Shown here: piece after piece, positions 1 to 9,463 of the stretch
Layout: every line of letters begins with the position of its first letter
How positions within the stretch are numbered: position 1 is the first letter of the stretch
NCBI GenBank assembly: GCA_965261005.1
Contig: OZ253375.1
Location: 1,760,001 to 1,824,000, forward strand
Source: Deinococcus sp.
Lineage (GTDB): Bacteria; Deinococcota; Deinococci; Deinococcales; Deinococcaceae
DNA length: 64,000 nt
Direction: 5' to 3'
Notes under the pieces: model-generated
The model's database searches: none
Told to the model about the DNA's origin: nothing
The model's input: the letters and a program-made list of their open reading frames with translations, nothing else
Position numbers and translations under genes: made by a program

Positions 1-878
1 GACTGCTCGTTTGGCGGCGCCAGCAGCCGCCCGCCGGTGAGCTGGGTCAAGCTCTGCATGGTGCGGGTGTCGAAGGGGGCGAATACCAATTGCCCCTCGA
101 CCCGGCTGACCGACCCGCCCTCTTTGCCCAGCGCGACCGCGTACAGCTTGACGCGCTGATCTTGGGCGAAGCGCGCGGCAATTCTGGGGTCGGCGCCCCG
201 GTTGGAAATGCCGTCCGAGAGCATCAGAATCGCGCCGGGCGCCAAGGTATCCGGGTTGGTCGCGGCGGGCGGGGCCGCGTTCGGCGCGCCGCCCCCCGGG
301 GCAGGCGTTCCGCCCAGCTCGGGGGGCGGAACTGCGCCCGCACGTCCCGGCAGCGCCCGCACGCCCCCGACCAGCGCGCCCGCGAACGAGGTGGCGTCGG
401 CGGGCTTGATGCGCGCCAGCGCGTCCAGCACCCGCGCCCGGTCGGTGGTAGGCGCGACCAGCAGCGAGGCGCCGTCCGAAAAGGTGAGCAGGCCGATGTG
501 GGTGGAGGCGGGCGCGAGGCGCACAAAGGAGCGCGCGACCTCGCGGGCGGCCTCCAGGCGCGAAGGCTTCACATCGTCGGCCAGCATCGAGCGCGAGGCG
601 TCCAGCGCGATCATCACGGCCGCCTTGTTAACCGGCAAAGGTGGGCGCGCCACCGGCCCCGCCGCCGCGAACAGCAGCAGGCTCAGGGCGGCCAGTTGCA
701 GCCCCAGCGGCCAACGGGCGCGCCGGACGTTGCCGCCGCGCAGCACCGCGCCGAGCAGGTGGGCGTCGGCATACGCGCGCGCCCGCGCCGCACGCCGCGC
801 GCCGGCCGCGCGCAAGGCCCAAACGGCCAGCGGCACCAGCAGCAGCAGCCACAGCAAGGCCGGGTAGGCAAAGGTCAC
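1..878 (-). CDS. VWA-domain membrane protein (BatA-like), runs off the left edge
   Basis: Manual translation MTFAYPALLWLLLLVP...ALDASRSM (MIDAS DxSxS)...LSDG; GTG start overlaps the DUF58 stop (GTGA). Confidence 0.9.
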   Translation of the reverse strand, partial: MTFAYPALLWLLLLVPLAVWALRAAGARRAARARAYADAHLLGAVLRGGNVRRARWPLGLQLAALSLLLFAAAGPVARPPLPVNKAAVMIALDASRSMLADDVKPSRLEAAREVARSFVRLAPASTHIGLLTFSDGASLLVAPTTDRARVLDALARIKPADATSFAGALVGGVRALPGRAGAVPPPELGGTPAPGGGAPNAAPPAATNPDTLAPGAILMLSDGISNRGADPRIAARFAQDQRVKLYAVALGKEGGSVSRVEGQLVFAPFDTRTMQSLTQLTGGRLLAPPNEQ

Positions 879-1921
879 GTTCGCCGCCCCCGCCGCATGG
901 CCGCGAAACGCAGCAGCGGCCTCACGACGTCCTGCCCGGTGTCGAGTTCGAGCAAGTCCACCTGCGCCGCCCTGAGCGCCTGCTTGAGTGCCCCGTCGCG
1001 CTCCGCGACCAGGCGCGCGTGGGCCGCGCGCACCCGCGGATCCGAGGTGTCGAGCCACAGCTCGGCCCCCCCCTCGGGGTCGCGCAGCCGCACGCCGCCC
1101 ACGTCCGGCAGCGCCCGCTCGGCCGGGTCGGACACCCGCACCGCCACCACGTCGTGCCGCCGCGCGAGGCGCCCCATGGCGCCGGCCCAGCCCTGAGCGC
1201 TTTTCTGTGCTGGCCCCACCTCCAAAAAGTCCGACACCACGAACACCAAGGAGCGCCGCCGCAGGGTGCGCTCCACGTTGGTGAGGGCCGCTTCGAGGTC
1301 GGGCGCTCCGTTTGTTCCGGTTGGGGCCGCTGCGGTTGGGACGCTGGCGGTGGGATGGCCGCTCGAATGAACCGACAGCAACCCCAGCGCTGCCAGCGCC
1401 GCCGCCCGCCCGCCGCGCGGCGGCGTCACGCCCCCCGGGCCGGCGCCAAAGGTCATGGCGCCGACCTTGTCGCCGTGGCGGCTGATCACCAAGGCGGCGA
1501 CGCCGGCGAACTCGCGGGCGAGGTCGCGCTTGAGGACCCGCTTGGTGCCGAAGTTCATCGAGCTGGACACGTCTATGAGCAGCCAAGCGGTCAGCTCGCG
1601 CTCCTCGCGGTATTGGCGCACGTGCAGCTCACCCGTGCGGGCGGTGACGTTCCAATCGATGCGGCGCACCTCGTCGCCCGGTTGGTAGGCGCGCACCTCG
1701 GCCAGGTCGAGGCTCGGGCCGAAGAAGAGGCCCCGGTAGTCGCCGAACAAAAAGCCGTCCAGCCGCCGCACCACCTTGAATTCGAGGCGGCGCAGCAGGT
1801 GGGCCGGCAACTCCGGCGGCCGGATGGGGGGAATGGGGGCTTGGACGGGTAGGGGGCGGGCGGGGGGCGCCGCCCTGCGGCGACCGAACACCCCCCCTAC
1901 CCGGCGGCTCAGCCCGTTCAC
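875..1921 (-). CDS. DUF58 protein (MoxR-associated)
   Basis: EVRAYQPGDEVRRIDWNVTAR, IDVSSSM and VSDF motifs; lies between MoxR and VWA genes. Confidence 0.92.
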   Translation of the reverse strand: MNGLSRRVGGVFGRRRAAPPARPLPVQAPIPPIRPPELPAHLLRRLEFKVVRRLDGFLFGDYRGLFFGPSLDLAEVRAYQPGDEVRRIDWNVTARTGELHVRQYREERELTAWLLIDVSSSMNFGTKRVLKRDLAREFAGVAALVISRHGDKVGAMTFGAGPGGVTPPRGGRAAALAALGLLSVHSSGHPTASVPTAAAPTGTNGAPDLEAALTNVERTLRRRSLVFVVSDFLEVGPAQKSAQGWAGAMGRLARRHDVVAVRVSDPAERALPDVGGVRLRDPEGGAELWLDTSDPRVRAAHARLVAERDGALKQALRAAQVDLLELDTGQDVVRPLLRFAAMRRGRRT

Positions 1922-2979
1922 GCGCGGTCTTCGCGCGCCTGCGGCGGGGACGCGCCGTGCGGGTCGCCCAGGTGGACGCGCGGCAGCGGCACCACCGCGA
2001 GCAGGCGCGCGATCAGCGCCTCGACGCTCACCTCCTCCGCCAGGCCCTCGTAGGACAGCGCGACGCGGTGGCGCAGCACCTCGGGGGCGAGGTCGCGCAC
2101 GTCCTCGGGCAGCGCGAACTCGCGCCCGCGCACGACGGCCAGCGCCTTGGCGCCCAGAATCAGGTTGACGCTGGCGCGCGGGCTGGCCCCGTAGGCGACC
2201 GCCCCCTTAAACTCGCCCAAACCCGCCTCCTGCGGCTCGCGCGAGGCGCGCGCCAGCTTGACGGCGTACTCCATCACCGCCGGGTGGACGTACACCAAGT
2301 CGGCCATGCGCTGAAGGGCGCGCAGCTCGTCGGCCGAGAGTTGCGGCGTGACCGGCGCGAAGCGCTGCGAAACCCGCTCCACCACCGTCATCTCCTCGTG
2401 AAAGCTGGGATAGCCGATCACGACCTTGAACATGAAACGGTCCACCTGCGCCTCGGGCAGAAAGTAGGTGCCCTCCGACTCGATGGGGTTCTGGGTCGCC
2501 AGCACCAAAAAGGGGTCGGGCAGCTTGAAACTCTCGGCGCCAATGGTCGCCTGCCGCTCCTGCATCGCCTCGAGCAGGGCCGACTGAATTTTGGCGGGGG
2601 CGCGGTTGATCTCGTCGGCCAGCACCAAGTTGGCGAAGATGGGGCCTTTTTCCACCTCGAAGCCGCCGGTCCTTTGGTTGTAGACCCGCGTGCCGATCAG
2701 GTCGGCCGGCACCAAGTCGGGCGTGAACTGCACCCGCTGAAAGCTCGCGCCGATGGCGTCGGCCGTCGTGCGAATCGCCAGGGTCTTGGCCAGGCCCGGC
2801 ACGCCCTCGATCAGAACGTGCCCGCGCGCGATCAGGGCGACCAGGAGCCGCTCCAGCATCAAGTCCTGCCCGACGATGACCTTTTTGACCTCGAACAGCA
2901 GCGTGCGCACCCGCGCGGCGGCGTCCACCACCGCCTGGGGAGAGAGCGGCGTGAGGGGAGCGGCGTCGCCGGCCGTCAC
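1918..2979 (-). CDS. moxR: MoxR-family AAA+ ATPase
   Basis: GVPGLAKT Walker A, QFTPDLVPAD, LADEINRAPAK, ATQNPIE; start placed at GTG 2979 overlapping the upstream stop. Confidence 0.95.
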   Translation of the reverse strand: MTAGDAAPLTPLSPQAVVDAAARVRTLLFEVKKVIVGQDLMLERLLVALIARGHVLIEGVPGLAKTLAIRTTADAIGASFQRVQFTPDLVPADLIGTRVYNQRTGGFEVEKGPIFANLVLADEINRAPAKIQSALLEAMQERQATIGAESFKLPDPFLVLATQNPIESEGTYFLPEAQVDRFMFKVVIGYPSFHEEMTVVERVSQRFAPVTPQLSADELRALQRMADLVYVHPAVMEYAVKLARASREPQEAGLGEFKGAVAYGASPRASVNLILGAKALAVVRGREFALPEDVRDLAPEVLRHRVALSYEGLAEEVSVEALIARLLAVVPLPRVHLGDPHGASPPQAREDRA

Positions 2980-3428
2980 GCCTTGATCTCCGAGTCGGGC
3001 GCCGCCGGCAAGCCCGGAATGGCCGGCCCTTGGTAGGGTTGCAGCGGAATCAGCTCGTCGCCGCCCGGACGCCCGTTGCCGGGGCCGTCGCCGGCACCGG
3101 GCTGCTGGCCCGGTTGTTGGCCCGGCTGAACTTGGTACAGCTGGCCGTCCTGCATCATCAGTACGGTGCACTCGCCTTGCTGCTGGCCCGGCTGGGGTTG
3201 TTGACCTTGCCCCGGCTGCTGGCCGGGTTGCTCTCCCGGCCCCTCGCCCGGCCCCGGTCCCAGCGGCACCAGCTCGCGCGGGTCGGCCTGGACGCGCTGA
3301 AAGGTGGGCGTGGGGAGGGCTTGGGCGCTGACAACTTGGGCGCCGGTTCCGGCGGAAACGCCCGCGCGGCCCAGCGCGAAGCCCACGCCCAGCGCGGCCA
3401 GGACGGAACCGATCAATAGAGCCTTCAC
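2976..3428 (-). CDS. Exported/membrane-anchored Gln-Pro-Gly-rich hypothetical protein
   Basis: GAAAGG SD before GTG; hydrophobic N-terminus; QPGQ repeats; stop overlaps the moxR start. Confidence 0.75.
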   Translation of the reverse strand: MKALLIGSVLAALGVGFALGRAGVSAGTGAQVVSAQALPTPTFQRVQADPRELVPLGPGPGEGPGEQPGQQPGQGQQPQPGQQQGECTVLMMQDGQLYQVQPGQQPGQQPGAGDGPGNGRPGGDELIPLQPYQGPAIPGLPAAPDSEIKA

Positions 3429-3800
3429 TGGGAACCTTTCAAGCTGCGAAGCGGACGGCCTGTGGTGGTCACGCGATCCTCCCGGGAACGTAGGACGGGA
3501 ACGAAAAGAACGTGCTTTTACACTACGCCCGTATTCTGGGAAAGCTCTGAAGCCCTGCGTCCCTTTCTGGCCGTGTTTCAGATCGAGGCCGAGGTGATGG
3601 CGGACAAGGCGCGAGACCGCTTCCCGCGCGACTTCCGGCGCGCTCAAAAGCGCCCGCACCGGCCAAAACGTGCCACTCTAAGAACTCCCGGCTCACGTTC
3701 CGTGCCTTCGCAAAAAACGCTCCGTCACTCCCAACGGGTCGCGCGAAGCGTCAAGGCTCGGCAAGACGGCCGCCACGCCCCTCGACCACTTCTGCCAGGA

Positions 3801-3850
3801 CGTACTTTCTTCCCTACTCGCTCCGCTCGGATGATCTCAAGATCACCAGG
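3801..3850 (+). repeat. Partial copy of an intergenic small repeat (CTACTCGCTCCGC family)
   Basis: CGTACTTTCTTCCCTACTCGCTCCGCTCGGAT closely matches 32389-32418. Confidence 0.65.
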
Positions 3851-3876
3851 GATGTACTCAGGCTCAAGGAGCATTC

Positions 3877-6354
3877 GTGACCCAGCTGTTTCCCCTCGGT
3901 TCAACTTGGCAATTCAAGGCCCGCGACCCCAAAACGGACCTGATAGACGACCTCGCCTGCCCGGACGGCTGGCTTTCCGCCAGCGTGCCCGGCACCGTGC
4001 ATGGGGACCTGCTGGCCGCCGGCCGCATTCCCGACCCGAACGACGGCCTGAACGAGCTGGACGTGCAGTGGGTCGGCGAGCGCGACTGGCTCTACCGCCT
4101 GGACTTCGGCGCGCCGGAACTGGCGGCGGGCCACTTGGCCGACTTGTGCTTTGACGGCCTCGACACCTTCGCGCGGGTGTGGCTGAACGGCGAGCTGATC
4201 CTGGAAAGCGACAACATGTTCGTGCCGCGGCGCGTGCCGGTCGTGGACAAGCTGCGTCCCGGGCGCAACGAGCTGCGGGTGCTGTTCGAGTCGGCCCTGC
4301 GGCGCGGGCGCGAGATCGAGGCGGAGCGCGGCACACTGCCGCTGTGGAACGGTGATTCCAGCCGCCTGTACGTTCGCAAGGCGCAGTACCACTACGGCTG
4401 GGACTGGGGGCCGACGCTGCTGACGGCGGGCTTGTGGCGGGACGTGCGGCTGGAAGTCTACGAAACGCGCGTGGCGGAGCTGGCCTGCCCCGTGGAGGTG
4501 AATGAGGCCCTCTCCCTCGCCCGCTTCGCCGTTCAGGTCGAGCTGGCGGGTCAGCTGGACAGCCGCGTTCAGCTCGATCTGCTGGGGCCGGACGGACATG
4601 TCATGGACAGCGCGGAGCTGCCCGCCGCTCAGGAAATCGCGCACACCTTTGAGGTGAAGCGGCCCGCGCTGTGGTGGCCCGCCGGGCATGGGGCGCAGCC
4701 GCTCTACACCGTCCGGGCACAGGTCATGCGGGGCGGCCAGCTTCTCGACGGGCGCCAGCTGCGCGTCGGGGCGCGTCGCCTCAGGCTGGTTCAAGAAGAA
4801 GTCGAGGGCGAGCCGGGCCGCAGCTTTCTGTTCGAGGTGAACGGCGTTCAGCTCTTTTGCGGCGGCGCCAACTGGATTCCCGACGACAACCTGCTGCCGC
4901 GCGTGACCAGGGAACGCTACCGAGCGCGGCTGACCCAGGCCCGTGACGCCCACATGATCATGCTGCGGGTGTGGGGCGGCGGCGTCTACGAGGACGACGC
5001 CTTTTACGACGCCTGCGACGAGCTGGGCCTGCTGGTGTGGCAGGACTTCATGTTCGCCTGTGGCCTGTACCCGGCCCACCCCGAGTTTCTGGCGAGCGTG
5101 CGCGCCGAGGCGGAGGCGGCGGTGCGGCGGCTGCGCCACCACCCCTGCTTGGCGCTGTGGTGCGGCAACAACGAGGATTATCAGGTCGCCCAGTCGGTGG
5201 GCGCCTACGGGCCGGGCGCGGAGGCGGGCCGCTTTCCCGCCCTGGCCATCTACGAGGAACTGCTGCCGGAGGTCTGCGCGCGGCTTGACCCCGCGCGCCC
5301 TTACTGGCCCAGCAGCCCCTACGGCGGGGAAGACCCCAACGACCCGGCCGCCGGCGACCGCCACACCTGGAACGTGTGGCACGGCCAGATGGCGCCCTAC
5401 CAGGACTACCCCCAGCACGAGGGGCGCTTCGTGACGGAGTTCGGGATGCAGGCGCTGCCCTCGCTGGCGCTGATCGCGTCGGTGACGCCCCCAGGAGAGC
5501 GCTTTCCCGCCAGCCGCACGCTGGAGCACCACAACAAGGCGGCGGACGGCCCGCGCCGCCTGAACGTCTACATCGGCGACACCGTGCCGATTCCCAGCGA
5601 CCTGCCAAGCTACGTCTACGCCTCGCAGCTGACCCAAGCCGAGGCGCTGCTGAGCGCTTACCGGGGGTGGCGGCGGCGCTGGGGCACGCCCGGCAAGCGG
5701 GCCGTGGCGGGCGCGCTGGTGTGGCAGCTCAACGACTGCTGGCCGGTCACGAGCTGGGCCATTATCGATTCTTCCGGGCAGCCCAAGCCGGCCTACTCCG
5801 CCGTCAAGCGCGCGCTCTCGCCCATCACGGTCGGCCTCGCGCGTGAGGAAAACGGCGCGGCGGTGTGGGGCGTAAACGGCACCTTGGAGGCGCAGACCCT
5901 TTCGCTTGAACTGCGCGCCCTGACCTTGGAGGGCCGCGAACTCGCCCGCGAGGCGCGCGAGGTGACGCTGGCGAGGAACGCCGTGACCGAGCTGGGCGCC
6001 TTTGGAGTGCCGGATGACGAACCCACCATCCTGGCCGCGACCCTGAGCCGGGATGGGAACGTGCTGGCCCGTGAGGCGCTGTGGCCGGAACCGCTCAAGT
6101 ACCTGCACCCCAGCGACCCCGGCCTCAGTGTCGAACGGCTGGGCCAAGACGGGGTCCGCCTCCGCGCGGCGCGCCCCGTCAAGGGCGTCTGGTTGGACGC
6201 CGGCTTGGGCGTGACTTGGGACGACAACCTGCTGGACCTGCTGCCCGGCGAGGAGAGGGTTGTGCGGGCGGGCGGGCTGGGCGACTCGCCGCTGAGCGTG
6301 CGCTGGCTGGGGGCGCCGGGAGCAATCGAGGACGCGGCGACCGAATCACCCTAA
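3877..6354 (+). CDS. Beta-mannosidase, glycoside hydrolase family 2
   Basis: RKAQYHYGWDWGP, GANWIP, RVWGGG, WCGNNE (acid/base Glu), TEFG (nucleophile), WQLND; AAGGAG SD. Confidence 0.93.
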   Translation: MTQLFPLGSTWQFKARDPKTDLIDDLACPDGWLSASVPGTVHGDLLAAGRIPDPNDGLNELDVQWVGERDWLYRLDFGAPELAAGHLADLCFDGLDTFARVWLNGELILESDNMFVPRRVPVVDKLRPGRNELRVLFESALRRGREIEAERGTLPLWNGDSSRLYVRKAQYHYGWDWGPTLLTAGLWRDVRLEVYETRVAELACPVEVNEALSLARFAVQVELAGQLDSRVQLDLLGPDGHVMDSAELPAAQEIAHTFEVKRPALWWPAGHGAQPLYTVRAQVMRGGQLLDGRQLRVGARRLRLVQEEVEGEPGRSFLFEVNGVQLFCGGANWIPDDNLLPRVTRERYRARLTQARDAHMIMLRVWGGGVYEDDAFYDACDELGLLVWQDFMFACGLYPAHPEFLASVRAEAEAAVRRLRHHPCLALWCGNNEDYQVAQSVGAYGPGAEAGRFPALAIYEELLPEVCARLDPARPYWPSSPYGGEDPNDPAAGDRHTWNVWHGQMAPYQDYPQHEGRFVTEFGMQALPSLALIASVTPPGERFPASRTLEHHNKAADGPRRLNVYIGDTVPIPSDLPSYVYASQLTQAEALLSAYRGWRRRWGTPGKRAVAGALVWQLNDCWPVTSWAIIDSSGQPKPAYSAVKRALSPITVGLAREENGAAVWGVNGTLEAQTLSLELRALTLEGRELAREAREVTLARNAVTELGAFGVPDDEPTILAATLSRDGNVLAREALWPEPLKYLHPSDPGLSVERLGQDGVRLRAARPVKGVWLDAGLGVTWDDNLLDLLPGEERVVRAGGLGDSPLSVRWLGAPGAIEDAATESP

Positions 6355-6386
6355 GATGCGGCCATGCCCAGAACAGCTGGTCGCGC

Positions 6387-7508
6387 TTGAACGCCGTCCG
6401 GACCGTCCCACAGCTGCTCGCGGCGCTGTGGAGATCGCCGTGGGTGCGGCTGCTGGTCTACATCTTGCTGGCCCTGCTCGCGTTGTACTTCGCGCGGCTG
6501 CTGCTCAGCGTGATCGTGACGGGGCTGGTCGCCTACGCCGTCGCCTTCTTGTTTCAGCCCATCTTGCTGTGGCTGGAGCGACACCGGGTGAAGCGGGTAT
6601 TCGGCGTGCTGCTGGTGGTCGTGGTGGTGCTGGCGGTGACGGGGCTGCTGTTCTGGACGGTGCTTTCGCAGGTGATCAACTTGCTCGCCGAGTTGCCGCA
6701 GCTCTTGCAACTCTTGCCCGACTTGATCGGCGGCGCGCTTGACCGTCTGAGCAGCGTGCCGGGCCTGGAGAACGTGCAACTCCGGCTGCGAGACTTGCTG
6801 GCCCAGCAGGTGAGCCAGCTCGACCAGAACCTCGGGCCGACGCTTCAGCGGCTGCTCAGCTCGGGTGGCGCGCTGCTGGGCGGGGTGGTGGGCGCGGTCG
6901 GCGGCTTGGCGCAGGGGTTGTTCGTGCTGATCCTGAGTTTGTACTTCATGCTGGACTACCAGCGGGTGGGGGCCAGCGTGTTGCAACTCCTGCCGCGCAC
7001 TTGGCAGCCGGCCGCCTTGAGCTTGTCGGAGGACGTCAGCGTTTCCTTCGGCGGCTACATCCGGGGGCAGCTGCTGATCGGCCTCGCGGTCGGCGCGCTG
7101 GTGGCCGTGGGGCTGCTGATGCTGGGCATCCCCAACGCCCTCGCCATCGGCCTCCTCGCGGCGGTGCTCGACATCGTGCCGTACCTGGGGCCGGTGATCT
7201 CGGCCATTCCGGCGGTGCTGCTGGCCCTTCCCGACGGCTGGGTCAAGGTGCTGCTGGTGGTGCTGGTCTTTTTGGTCGCCAACCAGCTTGAGGGCAACTT
7301 CCTGTCGCCCTACGTTCTGGGACGCACCACCGACCTCAGCTCGGCGGCGGTGCTGCTGGGCATTTTGGCGGGCCTCACGCTGGGCGGCCTGGTCGGGGCC
7401 TTGCTGGCGGTGCCGACCTTGGCGCTGCTCAAGCGGTGGCTGGAACATTACTGGCTGCCCAGCCGGGCGCACGACAACGCGGCTGCGGGAGCGCACGACG
7501 GAGAGTGA
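6387..7508 (+). CDS. AI-2E (PerM) family transporter
   Basis: Multi-TM protein with GYIRGQL, IVPYLGP, NQLEGNFLSP; start uncertain (TTG 6387). Confidence 0.9.
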   Translation: MNAVRTVPQLLAALWRSPWVRLLVYILLALLALYFARLLLSVIVTGLVAYAVAFLFQPILLWLERHRVKRVFGVLLVVVVVLAVTGLLFWTVLSQVINLLAELPQLLQLLPDLIGGALDRLSSVPGLENVQLRLRDLLAQQVSQLDQNLGPTLQRLLSSGGALLGGVVGAVGGLAQGLFVLILSLYFMLDYQRVGASVLQLLPRTWQPAALSLSEDVSVSFGGYIRGQLLIGLAVGALVAVGLLMLGIPNALAIGLLAAVLDIVPYLGPVISAIPAVLLALPDGWVKVLLVVLVFLVANQLEGNFLSPYVLGRTTDLSSAAVLLGILAGLTLGGLVGALLAVPTLALLKRWLEHYWLPSRAHDNAAAGAHDGE

Positions 7509-7511
7509 CAC

Positions 7512-7848
7512 TCAGCCCGCGCGCTCCCGCAGCCAAGCCAGCGCCGCCGCGCCGGAATTCAACACCGAGATGTGGCCGTCCTCCGGGCGCACCCACAGTT
7601 TGGCCGGAGGGCAGCGGCGCGCCGCAAGCCAGAGCGTGAGGGCCGCCGTAGCCGGTGCGGTCATACGACACTCAGCGAAGGCCGAGTTCTTCTACGACGG
7701 CAAACAGCGGTTCGGGCGGCGCGCCTATGTTCGGCGTGCCGTGGTGCCAGAACACGGCGGGCCGCTTGGCCGTGTCGTCCGCGCCCGTGTCGTAGACGTG
7801 GAGCGTGCGGCCGTCGTTCAGCTTCAGGTCAGTCTCTGTCACCACCAT
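7512..7848 (-). pseudogene. Alpha/beta hydrolase pseudogene
   Basis: MVVTETDLKLNDGRTLHVYDTG..HHGTPNIG..GLR*VSYDRTGYGG/PHALAC, then in another frame AKLWVRPEDGHISVL..; in-frame TGA at 7672-7674 and large internal deletions. Confidence 0.8.
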
Positions 7849-7910
7849 CTGTTCAGTCTAGAGGCCGAGGTCTGGCACTCTCGCCCATCTTCACCATATA
7901 GCGAATTTGC

Positions 7911-7916
7911 TATACT
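7911..7916 (+). promoter_or_regulatory. -10 element (TATACT) of a leaderless TA operon
   Basis: TATACT lies 6 nt before the GTG at 7923. Confidence 0.65.
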
Positions 7917-7922
7917 CCTCTT

Positions 7923-8183
7923 GTGCCCACGGTGAGCGTGTTTTTTGGAATCACCATTAAGCTGTTTTACAACGACCACGCGCCGCCCCACTTTCACGCC
8001 GAGTACGGCGACGAAGAGGCTTTACTTGACATTGAGACGGTCGAAGTTCTCGCCGGCCACCTTCCGCCTCGCGTCTTGCGTTTGGTGTCTCGGTGGGCAG
8101 TGGAGCACCAGGGGGAGTTGCGCCAAGCCTGGAAGAGCGCCCGGGCCGAGCAGCCTCTTCCCCAGATCGCCCCCCTCGTCTGA
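7923..8183 (+). CDS. DUF4160 toxin (HicA-like, DhiT type)
   Basis: MPTVSVFFGITIKLFYNDHAPPHFHAEY signature. Confidence 0.9.
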   Translation: MPTVSVFFGITIKLFYNDHAPPHFHAEYGDEEALLDIETVEVLAGHLPPRVLRLVSRWAVEHQGELRQAWKSARAEQPLPQIAPLV

Positions 8184-8210
8184 CGTGTACCCAAAGCTCT
8201 TACAGCGCGC

Positions 8211-8756
8211 TTGAAAGGGACTGACTTGAAAGGGATTGGCCGAATAACCGAACTTCACAGGATCACCACCGTCCACGCGGGTGAAGGGCAGACGCTGCAC
8301 GTCACATATACTGATGGTGTCAGCGTTCACATTGATCTCGCGCCCCTCATCGAACCCGGCACGGTCTTTGCCGTCCTCGCCGACCCCGAGTTGTTCCGGG
8401 CCGCAGAAGTCGGTTCGCGCGGACGCTCCGTTGTGTGGACGGGCGGCCTTGACCTCGACGCCGACGCGCTGCGCCTGGACCCAGAGGAAAGCGGCGCCGG
8501 GCATGTCCTGCTCGGCCGCACGCCCCCGTTGCCCGCCAACACCGTGAGCGCGGAAATCGCGCGGGCGCTCAGGGACAGCGGCTTGACCCAGCGCGCGCTC
8601 GCGGGGCGTATGGGCACCACCCAGAGCGCCGTGTCACGCCTGCTCAGCCCGCACTACCACGGGCAGACCGTGGGCGCCCTGGAGCGGCTGGCCGATGCGC
8701 TCGGAATGGACCTGGAGGTACGGCTGCTGCCCAAGGCAGGGCGGCGCGCCAGTTGA
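8211..8756 (+). CDS. DUF2442 antitoxin fused to an XRE-type HTH
   Basis: N-terminal LHVTYTDG..VVWTGGLDLDADAL; C-terminal LTQRALAGRMGTTQSAVSRL HTH. Confidence 0.82.
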   Translation: MKGTDLKGIGRITELHRITTVHAGEGQTLHVTYTDGVSVHIDLAPLIEPGTVFAVLADPELFRAAEVGSRGRSVVWTGGLDLDADALRLDPEESGAGHVLLGRTPPLPANTVSAEIARALRDSGLTQRALAGRMGTTQSAVSRLLSPHYHGQTVGALERLADALGMDLEVRLLPKAGRRAS

Positions 8757-8785
8757 CCCGCTCGCCCCTTGACGGATAGGCCAAG

Positions 8786-9463
8786 TCAGCCCCGCGCCCT
8801 GTACAGCTTGGCGGGCCGGCCCGCCGCGCCGTAGTGGTGGGCCAGCTCGGCCCGGCCGCTGCGGACCAGGAATTCGAGGTAGCGCCAAGCGGTCACGCGG
8901 CTGAGGCCCACCCGCGCCCCCACTTCCTCGGCGCTGAGGGCTTCGGGTGCGGCGGCCAGGGTCTCCGCCACCCGCTCCAGGGTGTGAACGTCCACCCCCT
9001 TGGGCGGCGCCGCCTCGTTCTCCACGCCGAGGCCCCGGAAGCGGTCGAGCTCGGCCTGGCTGAAGCTGTCCTGCGCGAGGCGCGAGCGCGCCCGGTGGCG
9101 CGCCACCGCCCCCGCCAGCCGCGAGCCGCCGAAGGGCTTGATCAGGTAGTCGAGGACCCCAAAGGCGAGGGTGGCGCGCACCGTCGCCTCGTCGCCCGCC
9201 GCCGTGACCATCACCACGTCCACCCACTCGCCCGCCGCGCGCCATCCCCGCAGCAAATCGGCGCCGCTGCCGTCGGGCAAGTACACGTCGAGCAGCACCA
9301 AGTCGGGCGTCAGGACGCGCAGCAGCTCGCTCGCTTGGGCGCAGCTGGCCGCCGTGCCCACCACCTGGACCTGGGGATCGCGCTCCAGCCACTCGCGGTT
9401 GACGCGGGCCACCCGCGCGTCGTCCTCCACCAAGAGGACCCGCACCACCTTGGGCACGCTCAC
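8786..9463 (-). CDS. CitB/DctR-family response regulator
   Basis: [21 protein letters not shown]-terminal [18 protein letters not shown] overlaps the kinase stop. Confidence 0.9.
   Translation of the reverse strand: MSVPKVVRVLLVEDDARVARVNREWLERDPQVQVVGTAASCAQASELLRVLTPDLVLLDVYLPDGSGADLLRGWRAAGEWVDVVMVTAAGDEATVRATLAFGVLDYLIKPFGGSRLAGAVARHRARSRLAQDSFSQAELDRFRGLGVENEAAPPKGVDVHTLERVAETLAAAPEALSAEEVGARVGLSRVTAWRYLEFLVRSGRAELAHHYGAAGRPAKLYRARG

Noticed and set aside
90..6147. Long antisense and alternative-frame ORFs (for example 3901-6147, also 18320-20689 and 37142-39145)
   Set aside because: High-GC shadow ORFs overlapping well-supported genes; Arg/Pro/Gly-rich with no motifs
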